Origin: an uncultured virus (IMG/VR IMGVR_UViG_3300020048_000043)
Taxonomy: Duplodnaviria > Heunggongvirae > Uroviricota > Caudoviricetes
IMG/VR virus record: IMGVR_UViG_3300020048_000043
Span: 62,001-122,295 of that record
DNA: 60,295 nt
Reading direction: 5' to 3' (one strand)
Shown here: positions 1-11,421 of the stretch, one piece after another
How positions within the stretch are numbered: the stretch's first letter is position 1
How the letters are laid out: every line of letters begins with the position of its first letter
The notes under the pieces: generated by a model
The model's input: the letters and a program-made list of their open reading frames with translations, nothing else
Databases searched by the model: none
What the model was told of the DNA's origin: nothing
Translations under genes and position numbers: made by a program

Positions 1-572
1 TGTTTCAAATAAACCCATTCATCACAAGAAATAAGTTTTTCTTTTCGTTTACCTTCAAATTCTTTGATAAGATGTAATGCAAGTTCTATAATATATTCTG
101 TATCTTTTATTTGTTTTTCATTTGATACAGTATTATTAATTTCTTCAGAAAAGTCTTTTAAATCTGTTGGAAAAATAGTACACATAGACTCTGTATTAAT
201 CATAGAGTCTGTAAGAGAAATTTTTATAATTTCATATGGCACATAATATTGATATTCTATTTTTCTACCGATTCCATATAATCTTTTGTATTTTATGATA
301 TTTGGATAATTTTTAATTATATATCTAAGATAACGTTTAGTATAGGAAGAACTATAAAAATTTGATTCTTGATTACACACAAATTCTTCTGTTATCGGAT
401 TTCTTTTTATGGAAAAAACAAAATTGATAAAATATTTTAAATTCTCACATATTGTTTGTTCTGTAATAACACCATTGAACCAGCATTTTATAAACGGATG
501 TACACTTTCTTTAATTTCTCCATTTTCTGTTTTATAAACAAAACGTATGTCTTTCATAGAATAATCAGCCAT
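1..572 (-). CDS. hypothetical protein, partial (runs off the window start)
   Basis: ATG at 572 after AAGGAG RBS; open frame MADYSMKDIRFVYK... to position 1; absent from the ORF track because it has no stop in the window. Confidence 0.75.
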   Translation of the reverse strand, partial: MADYSMKDIRFVYKTENGEIKESVHPFIKCWFNGVITEQTICENLKYFINFVFSIKRNPITEEFVCNQESNFYSSSYTKRYLRYIIKNYPNIIKYKRLYGIGRKIEYQYYVPYEIIKISLTDSMINTESMCTIFPTDLKDFSEEINNTVSNEKQIKDTEYIIELALHLIKEFEGKRKEKLISCDEWVYLK

Positions 573-602
573 ATAATCACACACTCCTTTATAAATAAAA
601 TA

Positions 603-1514
603 TTAAAGTAACAAAGATAATTGATCTACTGTAAGTTGAAATCCTGCTGCTCCTTGATGTCCACCTCCACCATATTTTTTAGCAATATTACCTACATGAA
701 TATGTTGTTTTGGTGTATATAAACCCACATAGACTTTTTTATCAGAACCAATACTATAAGTAATCATCATATCATGTTCATCTTCATCGAAAATTGGATC
801 CAAACTCAAACTACCTTGTCCCATCTTATTAATGACAAGTGCTTTTTTACCTTCAAACTTAATTACATATGCTGCTTTCTTTGCTTGTTCTGTATTTCTT
901 TTTGTAATATATTGTTTAATAATTTTCCCTTTTATAATAAGAGATTCTACGATTGAATTGGGTTCTTCATTGAAGAATATATCCCAAATATTACTTGGAT
1001 CGTTTAAATCTGTAATTTGACTTTCCATTCCGTATTTAAATGGCATAATAATATTTTCCCACTGTTCTTTATCTTCATTTTTCCAACAATCGAACGTATC
1101 TATATACTTAACCCATATTGGCATATTTTCTGTACTAAAACAATATGTCCAACATAGATATGTAGCAGAATAATCTTTATGTCTTACACCAACAATCATA
1201 TCTTGTTTATCTTTCATCTTTTGAAATGCTGTAACATGATGATCTATCCAAACCATGTTCTTTTCAACAATACTGTATATATAATCCATAATATCTGTAT
1301 CAAAACAAAAATCTACAATATACACAACATCATCTTTTGTAATAGCTGCTTCTTCTATTAACTTTTTTTGATTATCAATATCATAATTACATTCATATGT
1401 ATGAATTTTACTTTCTACTTTTTCTCCATATGTTTTTAACATATAATTTTTAATAATAGCTCCAGATGCTTGCCCATCTAAATCATCGTGATGAAAAATA
1501 ACATACTTAGACAT
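603..1514 (-). CDS. DHH/DHHA1 family phosphoesterase (NrnB/oligoribonuclease-like), copy 1
   Basis: motifs HHDDLDG, IVDF, WIDHH, GGGGHQGAAGF. Confidence 0.9.
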   Translation of the reverse strand: MSKYVIFHHDDLDGQASGAIIKNYMLKTYGEKVESKIHTYECNYDIDNQKKLIEEAAITKDDVVYIVDFCFDTDIMDYIYSIVEKNMVWIDHHVTAFQKMKDKQDMIVGVRHKDYSATYLCWTYCFSTENMPIWVKYIDTFDCWKNEDKEQWENIIMPFKYGMESQITDLNDPSNIWDIFFNEEPNSIVESLIIKGKIIKQYITKRNTEQAKKAAYVIKFEGKKALVINKMGQGSLSLDPIFDEDEHDMMITYSIGSDKKVYVGLYTPKQHIHVGNIAKKYGGGGHQGAAGFQLTVDQLSLLL

Positions 1515-1809
1515 TTGAATCCTCCTTTTTAAAATACAAACCTACTTCTGTAAGTACTTCTCTAGCTGCTTTCCATACATTATCTTTTAACATATCGTGT
1601 TGTACTCTATCTGTTTCTTTAATATCTTTAAGTCTTACAAGTTCATTCAATACAGCATATGCTTCTGGTAATTGTTCTATCATTTTTTTCATAGAATCTG
1701 AAACGCGGATACCATTGATATCCGCGTGTAGAATAACATCGTCGTTTTCATTTACGATATTATAACAAAATTGACTATTTACTTCAGGTTTTTGAAAAAA
1801 CCAAGCCAT
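1507..1809 (-). CDS. hypothetical protein
   Basis: GAGG RBS; tightly packed with its neighbours. Confidence 0.7.
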   Translation of the reverse strand: MAWFFQKPEVNSQFCYNIVNENDDVILHADINGIRVSDSMKKMIEQLPEAYAVLNELVRLKDIKETDRVQHDMLKDNVWKAAREVLTEVGLYFKKEDSNV

Positions 1810-1810
1810 A

Positions 1811-2488
1811 TTACTTTTCCTCTCCTACCCAAACATGAATGCCAAATTTTCTTTTGATATGTTCTACCAACGAAACATACATTTCTTTGTATTCTTTTTT
1901 CTTTTCTTCACAACGTTTATTTTGTATTTTTAGATGTTCTATAGTTTTAAGTAATTCCATATTATCGTTTTGAAGTTGTGTGTTTGTAAGAGATAATGTT
2001 TGAATCTGTTCATTGAGTTTTGAAATAGTATCTTCGCAAGTACAATTTGTTGGAAGTTCAAAATCATGTTTTACTTCTTCTTCAAATTGATCTGTATATG
2101 GTGGAAATTGTGATGTATTCTTTTCATTATATGATAAACTTTCAGACAGTGTTTCTCTAATAACATTTTTAATCATACTTTCAAAATCTTCTGTTTTTTT
2201 TAGTTCCATATTATCAGTATGAGAAAAAGCAACACAACGTTTTTCAAATTCTTCTTTAGACATAGTATAAAAAGAACCATCATTAAATTTTAAGAGATAT
2301 GAATAACAAGGAATTTTAAATGTCTTACCATCTTCAGCAGATATAAGAACTAAACGTTTGTCCGGATGTTTAAATCTCACATGATATTTATTATCACAAA
2401 ATTTATAAATATCATTAGAATTTGCTTTTTCATCATAATAATACACAGAAAAAATTTGATCTTTGAATACATATTTTTTCGTTTCCAT
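1811..2488 (-). CDS. hypothetical protein with C-terminal coiled coil
   Basis: 225-aa ORF with AAGGAG RBS; heptad-rich C-terminus. Confidence 0.75.
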   Translation of the reverse strand: METKKYVFKDQIFSVYYYDEKANSNDIYKFCDNKYHVRFKHPDKRLVLISAEDGKTFKIPCYSYLLKFNDGSFYTMSKEEFEKRCVAFSHTDNMELKKTEDFESMIKNVIRETLSESLSYNEKNTSQFPPYTDQFEEEVKHDFELPTNCTCEDTISKLNEQIQTLSLTNTQLQNDNMELLKTIEHLKIQNKRCEEKKKEYKEMYVSLVEHIKRKFGIHVWVGEEK

Positions 2489-2521
2489 TATAATCGATCT
2501 CCTTTAATATAGAAATAAGAT

Positions 2522-2550
2522 ACGCCCTAAGTTTTTTATACTTAGGGCGT
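2522..2550 (-). terminator. intergenic hairpin, probable intrinsic terminator
   Basis: 10-bp perfect inverted repeat ACGCCCTAAG/CTTAGGGCGT just after the stop at 2558. Confidence 0.65.
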
Positions 2551-2557
2551 TTGTTCC

Positions 2558-3271
2558 TTAATCTAACATATTGTCTAAACTAATAGTTTTATTAGACACA
2601 ATATTAGGTTGTACATTTGTGCTTACTTTACCAAACATATCATCATCTGAAGAATTATGAAACATAGATGTTTTGTTTTCAGATGTTTTATTACTAGTGT
2701 ATTCGTAGGATGTTTCTTCCCAAATTTTAGTAAGTGCCCATTCACAAGCACACGCAAGTTCATATGTTTGATATGATGTTAAATAAATCATTGCGTTTTT
2801 ATAACCTTGACCTTGTTTGAGATACATGGATATAGAAATACCATTAGGGTCTCTTTGATTCCCACCGATTTTTAAACCTGTTGTTGTATTATTTTTTCTA
2901 TTTTGATGAACAAAATCATCTGTATGTGTTACAGCATTTCCTCTTTGATCTGTTTTTTGTCTACCAGCATCATCTACAGCGGGATTTGTATATAACTTTA
3001 AATAATATGGATTTTTTAGTCTAGCAAAAGCAGCAAGTTCATGTGTTTCCATTTTCATTACAATTTTATCATTATAATTAAATAGAGGAACACCGCCTTG
3101 TCTTACTACATCCATAGATATGTTTTTATCAATTGGGGGAGCCATGGTGATAAACACATTAGCTTCTTTTTTAGTTTGATTGTATTGTTCATTTGGTTGA
3201 CGAACAGTTAAATTTACTTGAATTACACTCATTCTTACATTATATGATGAAAATATGTTATAGCTAGACAT
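2558..3271 (-). CDS. putative Whirly/PC4-fold ssDNA-binding protein, copy 1
   Basis: VFITMAPP...FNYNDKIVMKMETHEL pattern and acidic-hydrophobic tail ISLDNMLD; paralogous to 46015-46761; likely start MSSYN at 3271. Confidence 0.45.
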   Translation of the reverse strand: MSSYNIFSSYNVRMSVIQVNLTVRQPNEQYNQTKKEANVFITMAPPIDKNISMDVVRQGGVPLFNYNDKIVMKMETHELAAFARLKNPYYLKLYTNPAVDDAGRQKTDQRGNAVTHTDDFVHQNRKNNTTTGLKIGGNQRDPNGISISMYLKQGQGYKNAMIYLTSYQTYELACACEWALTKIWEETSYEYTSNKTSENKTSMFHNSSDDDMFGKVSTNVQPNIVSNKTISLDNMLD

Positions 3272-3551
3272 TTTTCTTTTCCCCATCTTTCTTTTTGAGT
3301 TTAATAGATACAATAAAATTAATTAATGTTGTAGTAAAATGTAAAACTAATATTCTTTTTAATTCAATCGTCATCGTTTCGAACAATACAATACCACCGA
3401 TTAGAGGAAAAGTTAAATAAAGAATAAAATCAAAAAACGTCTTTGAATGTGTAACAATCAATGTTATAGCTAATAAAAAATGCGTTATAGTATAACCTAT
3501 TTTTGATACCCATTCAAATGTAGGTTCAAATTCTTTACTTTCCTCCAACAT
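3264..3551 (-). CDS. small membrane protein
   Basis: three hydrophobic segments; AAGGAGG RBS. Confidence 0.7.
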   Translation of the reverse strand: MLEESKEFEPTFEWVSKIGYTITHFLLAITLIVTHSKTFFDFILYLTFPLIGGIVLFETMTIELKRILVLHFTTTLINFIVSIKLKKKDGEKKNV

Positions 3552-3563
3552 AAGACCTCCTTT

Positions 3564-6696
<3,133 letters not shown>

Positions 6697-6705
6697 AACA
6701 ATGGA

Positions 6706-9567
6706 TTACCCCCAAACTTTTTCCGGAACTTTACGTTCATCAAATTCAAAGAATAGTAAAGATTTTAAAAATGAAATTTTTGATTCTTGTGCTTTATTAA
6801 ACCCATTTGGAATATAATTCATAATATTTTTTGAAAAACGTTCAAACGCCAATGCTTGTTCCGGTATTAATTCTATTAATTTTTGTAATCCTATTATCTT
6901 ATAAGCAGCATCTGGATTCCATCTATGCGGTTTACTTAAATCTGATAAATCTCTTGTTAAAATGGATAGTATCAATTCAAAATGAATTAAATCCAAAGAA
7001 GCGAAACTTCCGTATATACTAACTAATTGATACAAATAATCTTCTATTGAAACATTTTCATCTGGTCTACTTAATAATGTAGACAATTCAGTAACAGCAC
7101 TTACAACATCTCTAGAAGCAATTGTTATTGTTGCTATTTCTTGTCCTGCTTCAAATTCATATGTTTCTTTATCTTCAAACATAACACATTCTAATGAGTC
7201 AAATAATTCAAATGTATCATAACCACTAAAAACAAATTCATCTTCTTCAAATACAAAAATAATATGTTCATCTTCAAAATAGAAATAACCACTTTCTTTT
7301 GCTGTGATTATTCCTTCTTGTAACTCTAATTTATTCTTTAAATTTTTAAAAATACTTTCTGTAGATCCACTAGTGTGTTTTGTTCTAAGTGTTAACTGTG
7401 TTGCTTTTTCACCTAATGATTGTGCTGCTATAATACCAATCATTTTACTATGATGTATATTATACAAATCACCATAACAATGTTGACAGATTCCATCTTT
7501 ACAAGAACATGTAATAGGTGAATATAATCCTATTGTTTTTCCTATTATGTTCTTATAATTTATTTTATCTATTTTACCATCAACTGTATATCTACCTATT
7601 AAAGATTTTGCTGTTCCATCATCGCGTACAGTAAAATTAAATACATGATTATTTTCTTTTTCAACATGACAACTAGAATATTCACAATCCAAAGTTGTAT
7701 TCAATAATAGATACATTAACTTACGTGTTAAATATCCACTCTTAGCAGTATTATCTGCTGTATCTACTAATCCTTTTCTTCCACCATAACAAGAAGTAAA
7801 ATATTCTTTAGTAGATAATCCTTGTAACAAACTAGATTCAATAGGTGTAGGTAATACTCGACCTGTAACATCACTTATAAATCCTTTTTCAAATGATATT
7901 TGACGTAAATTATCAAAAGACCCACGTGCCCCAGATCTAATAACTTTAGTAACATTATTATCTGGCACATTTTGTAAATCATCTCGAAAACGATCATCAA
8001 ATATAAAATCTTGTAAAGAAATTGTAGCATCTGATGAACTATAAAAACCTAATCTACATAACATATCCATGCTATGTAACCATTCGGTTTTAGATAATAT
8101 AATTTCTAACTGTTCAATAATGTTCGATACTTTTTTCTTATCAAAAACAGTATTAAACAATTGAAACAATTCTATATTGTTGTGATACTTTTCATCAACT
8201 ACTTTTTGAAATAAAGATACTCTATTTTCAAATGTTTCTTGTTCAAGATATGTTGTAGGCTTACTTATATCTGCTGTAATTAAGTGTAAACCTAAAATCA
8301 TATCTTGTGAAAAATTAAATAATATTTCTCCGTTGGATGGTTTTCGATAATTATTATCCACCCACATTTTTGTTCTAGCATCTTCTAATGCTAACGTTTG
8401 TGGTAAATATACTGCCATTTGATCCCCATCAAAATCTGCATTGTAGCTCGAACAAACAAGTGGATGAACAACTATAACATCTTCTAATATAATATCGTAA
8501 ATTTTCATAGATTGAATACCGGGTCTATGAAGTGTAGGTTGTCTATTAAGAATAATGTATGTGCCTATAAAATTACTTTTCAATATTGTTAGAATATGAT
8601 TTTTTAAATTAGGTGTATCATAATCTTCCAATATTTTGAGTGGACTTATTTGTAATTTTTCTGACACTAGCGGTATTACTTGTGGTTTATATATTTCTTT
8701 AGCAATTTTAAAAGGTATTTTACACCAACCTAAAGGCATATCTCCACCATCTACAACAATAACAGCACGCCCAGAATAATCTATTCTTTTTCCTAATACA
8801 TGTGCTCTTAGAAATCCTTGTTTCTTTTCATATTTTGTCATTAATGTTTTGATTAACAATTCATACTGTCTTTGTAAAACAACATGTATTGTATCAAATA
8901 CAAAAGGTGCTTTTCTTGTTGATTTTAATGTTCGAAGAATTTTAATATAACTTTCATTGATGTCTTCTTGATAAACAGCACGACCACACTCAGCCATACA
9001 TAAAGGTCTTACATCTGGTGGAATAACAGGTATAGTAGTAATGAATAATAAATTATAATATTGTTTATCAAATGCTTTTATTAGATCATCTTGTTTCAAT
9101 AAAAATGGATATAATTCTTCTCTAAAAAATACAGGTCCTGTTTGTGCTTTATCATTTTTTTTATTTACTATTTTTATTTCTTCACCTTCTATTATAATCC
9201 ATTCTTTTCCTTGTACTATTTTTTCTATATTTATTTTATTATATTTTGAAGGTAAGTAATATTTCAAAAACATAGATAATACAATTGGATTCACAATACA
9301 ACAAAATTCCGGAATACTTATTTTAGCGAATGTAGTTAATCTAATATTAGATTTTGTAATGGTAACACGACAATTTTCACAAACTTTATTTGCGTATTCT
9401 CTACCGGAGTATCTTCCACATTGACATTTGTAATCTTCTACAGGACCAAAAATTTGTTCACTAAACAAACCTTTATCATGGAATTTATTTCGGAATACAA
9501 TTGTTGGTTCATATATTTCTTGTAAATTACCATATTCTTGTTCTAAATTAATTAATTCTATTTGCAT
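6706..9567 (-). CDS. rpoC: DNA-directed RNA polymerase beta' subunit, set 1 (953 aa)
   Basis: GLFSEQIFGP, Zn finger CQC..CENC, GKRIDYSGRAVI, NRQPTLHR, catalytic YNADFDGDQM, TAKSGYLTRKL, trigger-loop region AQSLGEKATQLTLRTKHTSG. Confidence 0.96.
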   Translation of the reverse strand: MQIELINLEQEYGNLQEIYEPTIVFRNKFHDKGLFSEQIFGPVEDYKCQCGRYSGREYANKVCENCRVTITKSNIRLTTFAKISIPEFCCIVNPIVLSMFLKYYLPSKYNKINIEKIVQGKEWIIIEGEEIKIVNKKNDKAQTGPVFFREELYPFLLKQDDLIKAFDKQYYNLLFITTIPVIPPDVRPLCMAECGRAVYQEDINESYIKILRTLKSTRKAPFVFDTIHVVLQRQYELLIKTLMTKYEKKQGFLRAHVLGKRIDYSGRAVIVVDGGDMPLGWCKIPFKIAKEIYKPQVIPLVSEKLQISPLKILEDYDTPNLKNHILTILKSNFIGTYIILNRQPTLHRPGIQSMKIYDIILEDVIVVHPLVCSSYNADFDGDQMAVYLPQTLALEDARTKMWVDNNYRKPSNGEILFNFSQDMILGLHLITADISKPTTYLEQETFENRVSLFQKVVDEKYHNNIELFQLFNTVFDKKKVSNIIEQLEIILSKTEWLHSMDMLCRLGFYSSSDATISLQDFIFDDRFRDDLQNVPDNNVTKVIRSGARGSFDNLRQISFEKGFISDVTGRVLPTPIESSLLQGLSTKEYFTSCYGGRKGLVDTADNTAKSGYLTRKLMYLLLNTTLDCEYSSCHVEKENNHVFNFTVRDDGTAKSLIGRYTVDGKIDKINYKNIIGKTIGLYSPITCSCKDGICQHCYGDLYNIHHSKMIGIIAAQSLGEKATQLTLRTKHTSGSTESIFKNLKNKLELQEGIITAKESGYFYFEDEHIIFVFEEDEFVFSGYDTFELFDSLECVMFEDKETYEFEAGQEIATITIASRDVVSAVTELSTLLSRPDENVSIEDYLYQLVSIYGSFASLDLIHFELILSILTRDLSDLSKPHRWNPDAAYKIIGLQKLIELIPEQALAFERFSKNIMNYIPNGFNKAQESKISFLKSLLFFEFDERKVPEKVWG

Positions 9568-9578
9568 AAATTCATCTC

Positions 9579-10847
9579 CTACAATTGATCATAATATTGT
9601 AAACAAAAGGTGTCTATATTTGAAATTTTATTTTGAACCTGTTGTAGTAGATTTTTAGTTTCTGATTCCAACAAATGTGCTTTACATACAGTTTCTACAC
9701 TATAGTTTAATAAACGTTTTACTTCTTTTTCATCCCAACCTTCCGCTTTCATTATTTTTTCTGCTGTTTGTAAATTGAGGGGAGTCAAATGTGGTTTCAT
9801 TTTTTGAAGTTTTTCATATGTAGATATTAATGATATGAATTTTTCTTGTTCTTTATTCAATGAAACAAGTACAGCTTCTTTATAGCAATTATAACACGAC
9901 ATAAAAATTTCGTAAACACTATACGCTCTTATTTTTGTATTATCATGAAACAACATATTAAATTTTTGTTTTGAAGATAACATTTTTTCTAAATCATAAT
10001 CACTTGCTCTTTTACCTCTGTCCAATTTTATTAATACATTTGTTGTTTCTTTACTTTTATCTATATATACACCTAACTTACTAAGAACACTTTTGATTTT
10101 AATACCAGGAGAAAATTCTGTAATACAAATTTCTTTATCATCTTTTTCCAATGTATATTTTGAATCAAAAGAAATACTATCAGATCCTGTTTTGAATAAT
10201 TTATCTGTCATAGGTTCTGAAATACTTCTATATACAACATTAAGATCTTTGTTTGATATTTTCTTTTCTTCTACAATTTTTTTAAGAAATTTGATTGCTT
10301 CTTTTACACTAAACATAGGTAATGTAAATGCTAACCCTACACCTATTCCTGTAGTAAAATCAGACGCATTACTGAATTGAATCAAGTTCAATGGAAGCAT
10401 TGTAGGTATATATTCTGGTTCTTCTATACCTAGATCATTTACAAAATATGGAACATGATCTATGTATTCAAAAGCAATCTTTTTAATTAATGGATGTAAT
10501 CTTGCTTCTGTATAACGCGAAGCAGCAGCATCTATTGGATCTACACCTATATTAGATCCAAAGTTACCACGTCCTTCTATTAGTCCAGAATGTACAAGTG
10601 TAACAATGCTTCCATAGCTATCTCCATGTGGATGATATTTGCCCATAACTTCCCCGACAATTCGGGCGCTCTTAATAAAACTTCCATTCTTCGTAAGTAA
10701 GTACGAAGCATATAGAATTCGACGCTGTACCGCCTTTAAAGTGTCTTTAAAGAAAGGTACAGTACGTCCACCCATGTTTATGTATTTCGCATAATCGTAA
10801 TAATAATTTTCTACTAACTCGAAAGCAGGTGTTTGTATTATTTCCAT
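9579..10847 (-). CDS. type IIA topoisomerase cleavage subunit (GyrA/ParC/T4 gp52-like; no C-terminal pinwheel)
   Basis: LKAVQRRILY, KSARIVGEVMGKYHPHGD, GRGNFGS, active-site AAASRYTEARL; only 422 aa. Confidence 0.92.
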   Translation of the reverse strand: MEIIQTPAFELVENYYYDYAKYINMGGRTVPFFKDTLKAVQRRILYASYLLTKNGSFIKSARIVGEVMGKYHPHGDSYGSIVTLVHSGLIEGRGNFGSNIGVDPIDAAASRYTEARLHPLIKKIAFEYIDHVPYFVNDLGIEEPEYIPTMLPLNLIQFSNASDFTTGIGVGLAFTLPMFSVKEAIKFLKKIVEEKKISNKDLNVVYRSISEPMTDKLFKTGSDSISFDSKYTLEKDDKEICITEFSPGIKIKSVLSKLGVYIDKSKETTNVLIKLDRGKRASDYDLEKMLSSKQKFNMLFHDNTKIRAYSVYEIFMSCYNCYKEAVLVSLNKEQEKFISLISTYEKLQKMKPHLTPLNLQTAEKIMKAEGWDEKEVKRLLNYSVETVCKAHLLESETKNLLQQVQNKISNIDTFCLQYYDQL

Positions 10848-11410
10848 TATTCATTTACCTTTTCAATCGTAGGATTATTTAATTCCAAATTCACAATCCA
10901 ATCATTATACAATAAATATTTATATTGAAAAATATCTTCTGTGATATCAAAACCTATTTCAAATATTTTTGGAAAAAATGTTTTCGTTAAACCAAATACT
11001 GCTTCTTTAACTCTATGTATATCAGAAAACCATAATACAAAAACACCGTTTGGATCCGTTGTCATTTGTGTTAATACATATTCTGAAAAACATTGAAATA
11101 ATCTGTCATTATATTTAATAATAACAAATTTATTTCTATTCTTAGTTTTCCAATCATATATAGCTGTATGTTTTTGACATAATAAATTTTTATGTTGATT
11201 ATTCTTATATTTCTTTTTTCTAGCTTGACAGTGTATACAATTTTCAATATTAATGATATTCTTTTTTGCTTTTTCTTGAACCATTTTTTGTGTTTGTAGT
11301 CTATTAAAATCTGTTAAAAGTTTCATAATAACATATGGATACACAAGTAACTTTTTTTGTTTTAAATAATTATCTAAATTTAACAAAGTTTTTTGACTCA
11401 CAACCAACAC
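10847..11410 (-). CDS. hypothetical protein, possible Zn-binding, between the topoisomerase genes
   Basis: CIHC...CQKH; translationally coupled to the A subunit gene. Confidence 0.65.
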   Translation of the reverse strand: MLVVSQKTLLNLDNYLKQKKLLVYPYVIMKLLTDFNRLQTQKMVQEKAKKNIINIENCIHCQARKKKYKNNQHKNLLCQKHTAIYDWKTKNRNKFVIIKYNDRLFQCFSEYVLTQMTTDPNGVFVLWFSDIHRVKEAVFGLTKTFFPKIFEIGFDITEDIFQYKYLLYNDWIVNLELNNPTIEKVNE

Positions 11411-11421
11411 ACTCCTTCAAA

